NCBI GenBank assembly: GCA_965652315.1
Contig: CBFGVZ010000001.1
Coordinates: 2,147-66,146 of the forward strand
DNA: 64,000 nt
Direction of reading: 5' to 3'
Origin: an uncultured Saprospiraceae bacterium
GTDB taxonomy: Bacteria > Bacteroidota > Bacteroidia > Chitinophagales > Saprospiraceae
The stretch's first letter is position 1; the number at the start of each line of letters is the position of its first letter. Positions 46,201-56,747 of this stretch are shown here, in pieces. The translations under genes and the position numbers were made by a program. Under the pieces are notes generated by a model. The model was not told the origin of the DNA, made no database searches, and worked only from the letters and a program-made list of their open reading frames with translations.

Positions 46201-47276
46201 AACCCATAGTGACCATCTGGACCACCTCCCAGTTCCCATTTGATCAGCGACTCCGGCGAATAGCCTCTGCGTTGAAATCAGCGGGCTGGAATGTAACGGT
46301 GTGGGACCGTAAAACGGCTGACAATGCCCGGGGCAAAATCGATGTGGCTCCGTCAACCGGTCCCTCATTTTATCTGGCTTATAACAGAGCGATTGCCCGG
46401 AATGTGAGTAAGACGACATCGGAGTTGATATATGCCGCGGATATCGATGTGATGCCGGGGCTGATGTGGGGGCTGGGCAAATACAAAAGACACAAACTCA
46501 TTCTCGATCTTCACGAATGGTTTCCTGAAGTCGTAGAACTGGATCGAAAACCGATCAAAAAAGCGATATGGCGAATAATAGAAAGTCAAAGTGTTGCATT
46601 TGCAGATAAGGTGATTACAGTCAATCGATCGCTTCAACAAATCCTTGAAGCGAAATATAATAAGAAAATTTCGGTCGTTCAAAATGTTCCCGTTCTTACA
46701 GAATTACCGGAGGTGAATATTGATAAAAGGCTCAATAATAAAGTGTTGTATTATCAGGGAGCAATCAATGAAGGAAGAGGACTAGAGGACGCCATTCGGA
46801 GCCTGCATCATTTACCAGGATGGACGTTTTGGTTGGTAGGCGATGGGGATATTACGGAGCGCCTCATGAATTTGGCAGTTGAAGAGGGGCTATCAGAAAG
46901 GGTGGATTTCAAAGGCAGACAACCTCCTGAAGTGTTACAGGTCTTAGCGGCTCAGGCTACAGTGGGTCTGAATTTGCTCGAAGGGCGTTCCCGGAGCTAT
47001 TATTACAGTCTAGCCAATAAATATTTTGATTATATTCATGCATTGTTGCCAGGATTACACATGAACTTCCCCGAGTATCGTGCGTTGATGGGCATTTACC
47101 CAACCGGAAGAATGTTGGAGGAATTGTCGCCGATGGGCATCGGAAAGCATGTACAGGAGATGGTCAAAAATCCGGAGCAGTATGTGGCTATGATGGACCA
47201 ATGCAGTGCTGCGCGGAGCAAATATCACTGGCAGGAGGAATCGAAAAAGCTATTGGCAATCCTGAAAGATGGGTAA
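46197..47276 (+). CDS. Glycosyltransferase family 4
   Basis: DQRLRRIA, DLHEWF, YQGAIN.GRGLE and ANK.FDYI motifs; ATGA overlap with recQ. Confidence 0.85.
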   Translation: MKPIVTIWTTSQFPFDQRLRRIASALKSAGWNVTVWDRKTADNARGKIDVAPSTGPSFYLAYNRAIARNVSKTTSELIYAADIDVMPGLMWGLGKYKRHKLILDLHEWFPEVVELDRKPIKKAIWRIIESQSVAFADKVITVNRSLQQILEAKYNKKISVVQNVPVLTELPEVNIDKRLNNKVLYYQGAINEGRGLEDAIRSLHHLPGWTFWLVGDGDITERLMNLAVEEGLSERVDFKGRQPPEVLQVLAAQATVGLNLLEGRSRSYYYSLANKYFDYIHALLPGLHMNFPEYRALMGIYPTGRMLEELSPMGIGKHVQEMVKNPEQYVAMMDQCSAARSKYHWQEESKKLLAILKDG

Positions 47277-47302
47277 TAACTTCTTTGATATTTATCAGAT
47301 TA

Positions 47303-47332
47303 TCATGGTAAAAATCCCCCCTTTTACCATGA
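47303..47332. terminator. Hairpin downstream of the recQ-GT4 unit
   Basis: 11-bp stem TCATGGTAAAA / TTTTACCATGA with an 8-nt loop. Confidence 0.5.
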
Positions 47333-47712
47333 GTATTTCACCAGTGGTTGCATATCCGGGTTGATAAACCTGCCCATCACTTTAGGCTACGAAAGAACTT
47401 ATCCCGAATGATTCCCCACATACAGTCAGGAAAAGATGCATTATTTAGAATAACAATCTCACATTGTCAGAAAATTGGTGGTTTGCTAATGTTCTGATGA
47501 TGTCGGAATTTGTGCTCTGGTATCCCGGATTGTAAAAGCTCCACTGATGCGAACCGAGACTGTTCCTAACGTCCCCACGATAATGGGCCTTCGACAACAT
47601 TCAGCCATACCTCGCGTCTAAATAGAGCAAATCCCATGTGTAATCCGGGTTACCTGTATATTCCTAAAACCAAAATCCAAACGGATATAGCAGCACTTTT
47701 AAAAGTCTTATA

Positions 47713-47720
47713 TACTTTTG
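47713..47720 (+). promoter_or_regulatory. Bacteroidota -7 promoter box for the MATE gene
   Basis: TACTTTTG lies inside the long ORF call, which implies a later start. Confidence 0.5.
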
Positions 47721-47743
47721 TGGACAGATCAACTGATGATTAT

Positions 47744-49069
47744 TTGAGTCAGGACATTTCATATAAACGGATCCTTTTTTTGGCTCTTCCCATCATGGTG
47801 GGGAGTGTGGTTCAGAACGCTATCGCTATGATGGACAGTCTGTTTCTCTTTTATTTGGGGGAGGACGATTTTGCAGCCATCGGATTTGTGAGCGCGTTTT
47901 ATCTTATCGTGGTTTCGATCGGATATGGGTTCTCGAGAGGTGGACAGATCATTATGGCTCGGCAGGATGGCGGGCAACAACTTCGTCGGATTGGCATTAC
48001 CTTCAATACTAATCTGATCATGCTGCTCATCCTGGCTATTTTGTTTTTTGTAGTGGTCCGGTATCTTTCCCCGTGGTTCCTGAAATTCCTGATGAGTAAT
48101 GAAAACATTTATGATAAAAGCGTATCCTACCTGCACCATCGTTCCTGGGGTGTTTTCACAGGCTACCTGGGACTGGGTATGATCGCACTTTATACTGGCG
48201 TATCGAACACCAATTTTCTGGTTTTTGCAACCGTTATCCTGCTGGGTACCAACGCTATTTTCAATTATGGGTTGATCTTTGGCAATCTGGGTATGCCACA
48301 GATGGGTATTGCCGGTGCAGCTGTCGCTAGCAACATATCCGAACTGGCTGGACTGCTGGCCTTTGTGATCAATATTCTCTGGAGTGGTGACTTCAAAAAA
48401 TACTCTATTCCGTCCAGAGCCCTGGCCAGCTTGAGTGTTGGGAAGGATATTCTCAAAATTTCCATGCCACTCGTACTGCAGGCCAGTGCAGGCGTGGCGA
48501 GTTGGTTTGTCTTATTTGCACTGGTGGAGAATATGGGCGAACGGGAGCTCGCCATTTCCAATCTAGCCCGAATTTTTTACCTCGTACTGAGCATTCCCCT
48601 CTGGGGGTTCTCTGTGTCGGTCAATACCATGGTCAGCAATGCGATGGGTTCGAGGAAATATGGAAATGTACTGGCTATAGTACGGCGGACTTCGATCCTC
48701 ACCTTTGCTATTACCATGGTTATTGCCATCCCGGTACTCCTTTTCCCGGAATACTTTGTCCGGCCATTTCTCAATGATGTTCAAATGATAGTCCTGTACC
48801 AGTCTCAAAGTGTGCTGCGGGTCGTCCTGGGAATACTTGTATTTTACATTCTGGGTACGGTGATCTTTCAGGGAATGATCGGAACGGGGAGAGTTGTGCT
48901 GTCGCTTACAATCCAGTTGATTTGCGTCGCATTTTATATCGTACTTTTGATCGTAGGCGTAAAAGGACTGGGACTCGGACTGGAGGCTGCGTGGGGTATT
49001 GAAATTTTGTATTGGATTGCTATTTATGTCATTAACCTAATATACTTTAAGTATTACTTTAATAAATAG
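47744..49069 (+). CDS. MATE family efflux transporter
   Basis: About 12 TM segments; LALP, NAIFNYGLIFG.LG.PQMGIAGAA motifs. Start placed at the in-frame TTG 47744 downstream of the -7 box; the ORF track starts at 47636. Confidence 0.88.
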   Translation: MSQDISYKRILFLALPIMVGSVVQNAIAMMDSLFLFYLGEDDFAAIGFVSAFYLIVVSIGYGFSRGGQIIMARQDGGQQLRRIGITFNTNLIMLLILAILFFVVVRYLSPWFLKFLMSNENIYDKSVSYLHHRSWGVFTGYLGLGMIALYTGVSNTNFLVFATVILLGTNAIFNYGLIFGNLGMPQMGIAGAAVASNISELAGLLAFVINILWSGDFKKYSIPSRALASLSVGKDILKISMPLVLQASAGVASWFVLFALVENMGERELAISNLARIFYLVLSIPLWGFSVSVNTMVSNAMGSRKYGNVLAIVRRTSILTFAITMVIAIPVLLFPEYFVRPFLNDVQMIVLYQSQSVLRVVLGILVFYILGTVIFQGMIGTGRVVLSLTIQLICVAFYIVLLIVGVKGLGLGLEAAWGIEILYWIAIYVINLIYFKYYFNK

Positions 49070-49137
49070 CTCAGGTTTTCCACACAATGTTAATATGAGG
49101 TTTTTCCAAATATATAAAATGACCGTATTTTGCAGCC

Positions 49138-52100
49138 ATGCGACTATCTAGAATAGAGATCAGGGGATTCAAGAGCTTCGCTGAAGAAACCCATATTTTG
49201 TTCAATGATGACATCATTGGGATCGTCGGACCCAATGGTTCCGGCAAAAGCAATATTGTCGATGCCATCCGGTGGGTCCTGGGTGAACAAAGCAGCCGGG
49301 AACTACGCCTTGAAAATATGGGAGACGTCATTTTCAATGGTTCCAAAACCAAAAAAGCTGGTAATGCTGCCCGGGTTTCGATCACATTTGAGAATACGAA
49401 AAATCTCCTCCCCACAGAATATTCCGAGGTTACCCTGACCCGAAAACTCTACCGTTCCGGTGAAAGCGAATATCGCATCAACGATGTTAAATGCCGGTTG
49501 AAGGACATCAGGGCACTTTTCATGGACTCTGGTATCGGATCTAACACCTACGCCATTATTGCTCTGGGTATGGTCGATGATATATTGGCGGATAAGGAGA
49601 ACGCACGTCGTGCGATGTTTGAACAAGCAGCGGGTATTTCCAAATACAAGGAACGGAAAAAGGAAACGATCAACAAATTACGGCATACGGAAGCTGATCT
49701 GGAACGGATTCAAGACCTGGTATTTGAAATCGAAAAGAACCTGAAATCTCTGGAACGCCAGGCCCGACGAACGAAGCGATTTTATGAAATCAAAGAATCA
49801 TATAAGCAACTCAGCACGATCCTGGCTGCGATCCAATTGCAAGAACACCGAAAGGCCAAAAAGGATACGGAGGATAAAATCGAACGGGAAATGGATCAGA
49901 TCCGTTCACTCGAAACCGCCATTTCCCAAAAAGAAGCTGATATCGAATCCGTCCGTAAGTCCAACATAGACCAGGAGCAGGCGCTCTCACAGTCTCAAAA
50001 ACAGCTCAATGCTCTGGTATCCCAGATCCGTACTACCGAGGAAAACATCCGGATTGAAAAGCAACAACTCGAATTCCGGAAAAAGGAAAAGACGGAACAC
50101 GAAACCCGTATCCAGACACTGGAAGCAGAGGCAAACGTCCTGTCTGAAAAACTAGCTCAATGTGACCGGCGTTTGAATCATGAACTGGGCGGTGAACAAA
50201 AAATCCGGGCGGAATGGGATCAGTCATCCGAGCAGCTCCGGTCATTGAAAGAACAGTATGAGGCGAGTAAAACCTCATTCGACAGTCTGTATGAAGAGAT
50301 TCGAATGTTGGAAAAGGAATCCAACCAAATCGAAAAAGCCATAGCAATTAGCGAATCCAGACAGGAGAAATTTATCGCAGATCAGCAACGTCTGGAAAAA
50401 ACCATTGTCGAACTTCGGGCGTCAATGGAATCAAGAGTCCAGGAGGAGGAAAAACTTGTGAAGGAGGAAGAAAAGTGTACCACCCGTATAGAAGCCCGGG
50501 AGGAATTCATCTTTAAGACCAATGCTGAAAAAGAGGAGCTGGAAAACAAGGAAGAATCCATAGTCAAAGTATTGCAACGCCTCAACAGACAACTGGATGC
50601 CAAAACAAACGAGCAAAAATTGCTCACCGAGTTTCTACGGAAAATGGAAGGTTTTCCCGAGAGTATCCGCTATTTGTCCCGGCATAAGGACTGGAAAGGG
50701 AAGGGGGTGATTTTATCCGATCTGCTCGCTGCTGATCCGCCTTACAGGGGGTTGCTGGAAACCTGGCTGGATCAGTACCTCAATTATTTTGTAGTAGAAT
50801 CGATCGATGATGCGGTAGAAGCGGTCCGTCTGTTGGGTGATGCGGACAAGGGACGTGGTTACTTTTTTATACTGGATGAATTACCGCAACCAGAACCTGC
50901 GATGTGGCAGGCTGGAACTGGGGAAGTGGAAGCCCTTAAGGTGGTGCAATATGAGGAAAAGTACGATGCGTTGTTCCGGCATTTACTAAAAAATGTATTT
51001 TTTACGGATCGGGAATCAGGAGAAGTTCGGAATGCAGACGAGGATAAGATACTGTTGTTTACAGATGGAAGAATACAGCGGAGCAAAGGATGGATGACGG
51101 GTGGTGTGGTGAGCTTATTCGAAGGGAGCAAACTCGGCCGTCAACAACAAATTGACCAGCTCAGTACCGAAATCGGAGCAATCCGGGAGAAAATTGAAAA
51201 TTGCGAGTCCGAACTCGATGCACTGAATGATCGGATCTCAGAACTCGATACCTCCGAAGCGGAAGAGGAACTCGAAGTGTGGAGAGAATCACTTCAGAAA
51301 GTACGGGCGGGGCAAATGCGACTCGTCACTTCAAGGGAGATGGAGCAAAGGTCACTGGAACGGGAGAAAAAGGTGCTGGAGGAACTTCGTCAGGCCTTCG
51401 AGATGGATGCTGGAGAGGGAGCTGAGAAAAAAGCAAAATGGGAAAAAATTCTCCTGGAACTGGAGGAAAAACAAAAGTTATTAGCGGACCGGGACGGCCA
51501 ATATCGGGCATTGTCCGATCAGTACAGCGGCCATCGGCAAGCTTACAATGAACTGCATATCAAACTGGTACAACAGGAAAATTTACTCGAAACCCTACGC
51601 AGGGAACAAGAAAACCTGACAGATAAACAAGTCAGCCTGCAAAAAGACAAGTCGCACTCGATTCAGAAAATCGAAGTATCAGATGAGGCCACCCAAAAAC
51701 TGCAATTATCCATTACGGGCTATGAACAATCCTTGCTGAAGGACATCGAACAGAGGAAATCTATGGAAGAACACCTCAATGATGCCGAACGTGCGTATTA
51801 CAAGGCCCGGTCAGCCATTGGTCAGCTTGAGGCCGATGTGAAGTCGCTGAATCAGCAATACCGAAACTCACAATCTCTGATCAATGGCTGGAAGGATACC
51901 CTCAGTTCGACCCGATTGACCATCTCCCGGGTTATCGAAAGACTGGAAATTGAGTTTGGCATGAAAGAAAGCGACATTCCGGATGAAGTCGATCCGGAAA
52001 TGTCGGGAGATCGCGAAGGTCTGGAAGCAGAATGTGAAAAAATCAAAAACCGGATTCACCAGTACGGAGAGATCAATCCTCTGGCTGTAGAAGCTTATGA

Positions 52101-52695
52101 TGAGATTAGTGAGCGATACGAGAATATCGTCCAGCAGCGCGACGATGTGATCAAAGCCCGGGATCAGTTGCAGGAGACCATGACCGAAATTGAAAATACC
52201 GCCACGGAAAAGTTCATGGAATCCTTTCTTCAGGTGCGGGATAATTTTATCACAGTGTTCCGCAAATTGTTTACAGAGGATGATACCTGCGATCTCATCC
52301 TCCTGGAACCGGAAAATCCTTTGGATTCAAAAATCGAGATCGTCGCCAAGCCCAAGGGTAAAAAACCCAAATCCATCAGTCAATTGTCTGGAGGGGAAAA
52401 GACTTTAACAGCTACAGCGCTATTGTTTGCGCTCTATCTGCTCAAACCGGCGCCTTTTTGTATTTTCGATGAGGTGGATGCTCCCCTTGATGATGCCAAT
52501 ATTTACAAGTTCAACCGCATCATTAAGGAATTTTCCAGCGAATCTCAATTCGTCATCGTCACGCACAATAAGCTGACTATGGAAGCCGTCGATGTCATTT
52601 ATGGTGTATTCATGGAAAACACCGGTATCTCCAAGGTTGCTGCGGTTGATTTCAGACATTTGGATGAAGTATCTGAACTGGCCGTACTGGGCTGA
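49138..52695 (+). CDS. smc: Chromosome segregation protein SMC
   Basis: GPNGSGKSN, long coiled coils with a hinge, LSGGEK and DEVDAPLD motifs. Confidence 0.97.
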   Translation: MRLSRIEIRGFKSFAEETHILFNDDIIGIVGPNGSGKSNIVDAIRWVLGEQSSRELRLENMGDVIFNGSKTKKAGNAARVSITFENTKNLLPTEYSEVTLTRKLYRSGESEYRINDVKCRLKDIRALFMDSGIGSNTYAIIALGMVDDILADKENARRAMFEQAAGISKYKERKKETINKLRHTEADLERIQDLVFEIEKNLKSLERQARRTKRFYEIKESYKQLSTILAAIQLQEHRKAKKDTEDKIEREMDQIRSLETAISQKEADIESVRKSNIDQEQALSQSQKQLNALVSQIRTTEENIRIEKQQLEFRKKEKTEHETRIQTLEAEANVLSEKLAQCDRRLNHELGGEQKIRAEWDQSSEQLRSLKEQYEASKTSFDSLYEEIRMLEKESNQIEKAIAISESRQEKFIADQQRLEKTIVELRASMESRVQEEEKLVKEEEKCTTRIEAREEFIFKTNAEKEELENKEESIVKVLQRLNRQLDAKTNEQKLLTEFLRKMEGFPESIRYLSRHKDWKGKGVILSDLLAADPPYRGLLETWLDQYLNYFVVESIDDAVEAVRLLGDADKGRGYFFILDELPQPEPAMWQAGTGEVEALKVVQYEEKYDALFRHLLKNVFFTDRESGEVRNADEDKILLFTDGRIQRSKGWMTGGVVSLFEGSKLGRQQQIDQLSTEIGAIREKIENCESELDALNDRISELDTSEAEEELEVWRESLQKVRAGQMRLVTSREMEQRSLEREKKVLEELRQAFEMDAGEGAEKKAKWEKILLELEEKQKLLADRDGQYRALSDQYSGHRQAYNELHIKLVQQENLLETLRREQENLTDKQVSLQKDKSHSIQKIEVSDEATQKLQLSITGYEQSLLKDIEQRKSMEEHLNDAERAYYKARSAIGQLEADVKSLNQQYRNSQSLINGWKDTLSSTRLTISRVIERLEIEFGMKESDIPDEVDPEMSGDREGLEAECEKIKNRIHQYGEINPLAVEAYDEISERYENIVQQRDDVIKARDQLQETMTEIENTATEKFMESFLQVRDNFITVFRKLFTEDDTCDLILLEPENPLDSKIEIVAKPKGKKPKSISQLSGGEKTLTATALLFALYLLKPAPFCIFDEVDAPLDDANIYKFNRIIKEFSSESQFVIVTHNKLTMEAVDVIYGVFMENTGISKVAAVDFRHLDEVSELAVLG

Positions 52696-52811
52696 TCTCC
52701 CGCATCGCGATATTTGATTACGATGCGCGTCAGAGAACTGGTTGGCTGGCGATACTACCCTTATGTCGTTTGATAAACCGTACACCGGGAAACATCAGAT
52801 GGGTAATTATT

Positions 52812-53306
52812 TCACAAACATAAAATAATGATCGGATTGGTGGAAATAGTGTTACTTATATTTCCCGCCCGGTCACGGATGTAGATGTCGTACCGAAGCG
52901 TATCTGTGGGGTATTGAAGCGAGGCTTCGCACGGTGGCGTGCCATCGGGGAAAATACAACAGGTTGTATAGATGGTCAGTGTGATTTCACCCCGTACCCC
53001 GCGCTGGGCACCCTCCGGGGGTAGTTCCGGTAGTCGGTATTTACTTGTGATAAACTGATCGCGGTTGTCACGGATAAATATATTGAGGCTGTCCTCGTCT
53101 CCGAGATCACCGTCCCCGTCCGTAAACGAAAAGGTTACCTGGATGGAATCCGTATTGAAACTGTTCTGGACCATCTGATTATCGTTCATCGAGACAAACT
53201 CGATCACAGGTTCAACTGGAAAGTTGGGCCGGGTAATACAACCGATGGCCATGATTCCCATGAACAGAGCCGCCACACCAATCCATATGTACTCATTCTT
53301 CCGCAT
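52812..53306 (-). CDS. Conserved hypothetical lipoprotein
   Basis: Start ATG 53306 MRKNEYIW with lipobox AIGC; FTDGDGDLG and DRAGN.SN motifs. Confidence 0.75.
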   Translation of the reverse strand: MRKNEYIWIGVAALFMGIMAIGCITRPNFPVEPVIEFVSMNDNQMVQNSFNTDSIQVTFSFTDGDGDLGDEDSLNIFIRDNRDQFITSKYRLPELPPEGAQRGVRGEITLTIYTTCCIFPDGTPPCEASLQYPTDTLRYDIYIRDRAGNISNTISTNPIIILCL

Positions 53307-53386
53307 ATCGAAACAAAATACGCATTTTTTCTGTAACATTGTACAAACCACTTTCAAATCGAGAAATATACACTCAAGTATCAAAT

Positions 53387-54463
53387 ATGAATAAAAAATC
53401 GGACCATCCGGAATCCGTTCTGGACCAGGCAGATCAAATCCGTCTGAAGGATTTGGCCCGTCAACTGGATCAGGCCGCTGTTTTTCCGGATGAAGCATTA
53501 GATGTGATTGTCCAGAACCGTCATTTTCATCTTTTCATACCGAAAGAAAGAGGAGGGCTGGATTTGCCCCTGGTGGAAGGTATGCGAATCATAGAAGCCT
53601 ACGCTGCCATCGAAGGCAATCTGGGGTGGATAGTGCAGATCGGTGCCGGTGGTGGTATTTTTGCAGCGTACCTGGAGGAAGAAGTAGCGCGTAGATTTTT
53701 TGGTCGTAGGGATCAGGTGATCGCCGGATCGGATTTTGTGGGCGGGAGGGCTCGTCGGGAAGCTGATGGGTACCGTGTCAGCGGGGAATGGAAGTACGCG
53801 AGTGGGGCTTGCCATGCAACGGCTTTTACCGGGAATTGTCGGATCGAATCGGCACCGCTGAAAGGACAGGTGCGGGCTGTGATTGTTCCGGCTGAGGAGG
53901 TGAAGATTATATACAACTGGAACGCTATGGGAATGCGGGCTACTGACAGTCATTCTTTTCAGATGGAAGATGTGTTTGTACCTGAATCGCATCTTTTTGT
54001 GGTGGATCCCGACCATTTAAAGGTTCACAATCGAACCACTTATTTGCATTTTGAAGAATTTGCCCGTGCATTGTTTCTGCCCGTTCTGACCGGAGAGACG
54101 TACAGATATCTTGAAATGTACAAGCATTATATGACCAGTCGGTCCTATGGGAAAGATTCCGCTGCAGCTGTTGCATTTCACAATCTGAAAAGCGTCTGGG
54201 ATGATTCCCGTCGGGTCCTATTCGGTGTAGCGGAGGAAATTTGGTCCGATAGGGCAAATGATCCGGTTCCTGCCCGTGAGGATAGTAGGTTCGCCGCCCT
54301 CAGTGCCCAAATTACGGATGAAATCCTGTATAATGTGGATCAATGTCATCGTCATACTGGAATGTCCGGGATTCGGATGGATGAAGAGATCAATATCTCC
54401 TACCGGAATATCAAAACAGTGGCCGCACATCATCTGTTGAAAAGCTCTTCCCATTTGTCATAA
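53387..54463 (+). CDS. Acyl-CoA dehydrogenase-fold flavin-dependent monooxygenase (HsaA/HpaH-like)
   Basis: Likely start ATG 53387; YRVSGEWKYASGACHAT and W.AMGMRATDSH motifs. Confidence 0.75.
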   Translation: MNKKSDHPESVLDQADQIRLKDLARQLDQAAVFPDEALDVIVQNRHFHLFIPKERGGLDLPLVEGMRIIEAYAAIEGNLGWIVQIGAGGGIFAAYLEEEVARRFFGRRDQVIAGSDFVGGRARREADGYRVSGEWKYASGACHATAFTGNCRIESAPLKGQVRAVIVPAEEVKIIYNWNAMGMRATDSHSFQMEDVFVPESHLFVVDPDHLKVHNRTTYLHFEEFARALFLPVLTGETYRYLEMYKHYMTSRSYGKDSAAAVAFHNLKSVWDDSRRVLFGVAEEIWSDRANDPVPAREDSRFAALSAQITDEILYNVDQCHRHTGMSGIRMDEEINISYRNIKTVAAHHLLKSSSHLS

Positions 54464-54540
54464 CAATGTTGCAAGACAGAATTGGCGAATCCATTTTATT
54501 TCATACCTTTGAAGTCAATTAGTAAATTTTATAAATTACT

Positions 54541-55095
54541 ATGATCAGGCACAAAATTTCGATTTTGTTTGTATTATTTATTCTGGTATTGATGGACCAG
54601 ACAACATACGCACAGGACAGCCCCAGACATGAAATAGGCATCCGATTGACAGGACTGGAAGATTTTGATTTTGTATATAAGAAAGAGAAACAGTTGAATC
54701 GATTTTTCAGACATCGTCTGGGTTTGGTAAATCTCCAGGCCTCGGGGAATTCCAACGCCACCCTCTGGAGTTTTGGCCTGGGATATGCATTTGGAATAGA
54801 AAACCGGAAATCAATCAATGAGAAATTATTATTCATCCATGGCTTTGAACCGAGAATGGCTGTAGATTACAGCTCCTTCGAAGGTCAGGCACAAAATTGG
54901 GCTTTTCAGATCGGGATTGGCTATGTCCTGGGCTTCCATTATGAATTTGCCGAAGCTTTTTACGTCAGTATTGAAGCTATACCGGCTGTGACATTTACCA
55001 GGAGTAAAAGCAGCCAGAATGGCTTTGCAGAAAACAACTTCCAGGCGGGCTTTAGCTCCAATGCGGTAGCACTAACGCTCGCATACAGGTTTTGA
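54541..55095 (+). CDS. Hypothetical small outer membrane beta-barrel protein
   Basis: Signal peptide, amphipathic strands and C-terminal LAYRF. Confidence 0.7.
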   Translation: MIRHKISILFVLFILVLMDQTTYAQDSPRHEIGIRLTGLEDFDFVYKKEKQLNRFFRHRLGLVNLQASGNSNATLWSFGLGYAFGIENRKSINEKLLFIHGFEPRMAVDYSSFEGQAQNWAFQIGIGYVLGFHYEFAEAFYVSIEAIPAVTFTRSKSSQNGFAENNFQAGFSSNAVALTLAYRF

Positions 55096-55204
55096 TGGAT
55101 CCACAGAGGATACAGTAGAAAGAGCGGGGGCCTTATGACCAGGTGAATGTTACATGGAATGGCCAGGTTTTATGGTTTTTTGGATTTCCCAGGCCATCTT
55201 TCTT

Positions 55205-55672
55205 CTAGGTATCCAGATAGATAGGTCGATCGATTCGTTCCTCCAGGGCTATGAGCGTTTCCGTCCGCTGTATTCCGGGAATCGTCTGGATTTTTTCACC
55301 GAGTACGACACGGAGATCGTTGGTATCTTTACAGACCACCTTGGTAAAAATGCTGTAATTACCCGTTGTATAATAGGCATTGGTGACTTCCGGTATTTTC
55401 AGCAGGCCGCTGATCACCTCTTCGTATTGGCTGCTTTTTTCCAGAAATATGCCAATGAATGAGATGATGTCATAACCCAGCCTGGACTCATTCACCTTAA
55501 GTCGGGCACCTTCTACGATTCCGGTATCCTCCAGTTTTTTCATACGTACGTGTACCGTGCCCCCGGAAACGTTGAGCTGCTTTGCGATGTCTGTATATGG
55601 GATTTTAGCATCGACCATCAAAATGGAAAGTATTTGCCGGTCCAAATCGTCCAATTCGTGTATCTTTGTCAT
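55205..55672 (-). CDS. Lrp/AsnC family transcriptional regulator
   Basis: LDDLDRQILSIL..DAKIPYTDIAKQL.VS.GTVHVRM; TG.YSIF and IQRTETLI motifs. Confidence 0.93.
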   Translation of the reverse strand: MTKIHELDDLDRQILSILMVDAKIPYTDIAKQLNVSGGTVHVRMKKLEDTGIVEGARLKVNESRLGYDIISFIGIFLEKSSQYEEVISGLLKIPEVTNAYYTTGNYSIFTKVVCKDTNDLRVVLGEKIQTIPGIQRTETLIALEERIDRPIYLDT

Positions 55673-55799
55673 AGTGTGGTAGTTTTTCGATGCATAATTT
55701 AAAATAATTTAATGAAAAGGCCATAACAATGCGAATTTTTTAATCGAAAATGATCGGTGCCCGCTTTTTTATAATGCATTTGAACCTTTAGATTCTATT

Positions 55800-56747
55800 G
55801 TGAAAATAAGCTCATACGTATATTGCTGGACTGTCCTGGCCTTGTTCGCGGGCATTGCTTCACTGGCTTTCACGGGAATTCAAAAGTCGGATCAGACGAC
55901 GCTGGTACAATTACGAAAATCCCAACTCCGGTCTGCTGTCATGCCATCGGGACCTGCTCCCCGTGTTATGGCCAGGAGTGGGGGATTGGTATGGGAAGAC
56001 TACTTTGAAGCATCGACCGCCGGATATCGATACCTGGGCGGTATTCAGCATGGGCCATGGCTGGTGGATTCGGTTTACCCTGCATCCGATATAATACTAT
56101 CCAAGGCATATAAACCACTGCCTTTCTATCACCAAACTTACGGTCTAAAGAACTTATACATCAATCTGGATCGGATCGATCAGCAGACACCTGGTGATTT
56201 CTTAGAAGCCATGGAAGCGGGTGGATTGCTGGAAACGGATACGCTTGTAATCGATTTCAGATTTTTGCGATCGGTCGAATTTGGAGCGGCTCTTAGATTG
56301 TTCAACCAGATCGCCCCAACCCGGAAAATGGCACTGGGCACGATCATTGATCCGTACCAGGATGAGTTGATCATGAGCAGCGGTCGACCTTTCTTTACCG
56401 TTTCCCACACCGTTTTTATCCTCAACGAAAAGGTGCCCGATGCTGTCCGCCTTTTAATTTTCAACTTAGAGGGGCAAGATTCCTACCATGTAGCCGGTTG
56501 GCCGGGCCATGTGGCGGACACGGTTTGTTTGATGTCGGATTACGTGATTGGGGATAAAACCTATCGGGTCTGTACCCAATACTGGACTACTGAAACTGGT
56601 GGCACAGTTGTCAGACCATTGAAGGTGGTCTCTGAACCGGTTCGGAAAGCCATGCTTCGCTCCATGGACGAACTGTGGTATAAGCAGCAGGACTCATCAG
56701 GGGTGACGGAGCTGCTGCCGTCCATGCTGAAGCAATTATTGCCTTAA
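55800..56747 (+). CDS. S41A (CtpA-like) protease homolog lacking catalytic residues
   Basis: GTG start with an N-terminal hydrophobic segment; collinear S41A-like blocks LYINL, LVIDFR, FILNEKVPDAV and YRVCTQYWTTETG. Confidence 0.6.
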   Translation: MKISSYVYCWTVLALFAGIASLAFTGIQKSDQTTLVQLRKSQLRSAVMPSGPAPRVMARSGGLVWEDYFEASTAGYRYLGGIQHGPWLVDSVYPASDIILSKAYKPLPFYHQTYGLKNLYINLDRIDQQTPGDFLEAMEAGGLLETDTLVIDFRFLRSVEFGAALRLFNQIAPTRKMALGTIIDPYQDELIMSSGRPFFTVSHTVFILNEKVPDAVRLLIFNLEGQDSYHVAGWPGHVADTVCLMSDYVIGDKTYRVCTQYWTTETGGTVVRPLKVVSEPVRKAMLRSMDELWYKQQDSSGVTELLPSMLKQLLP

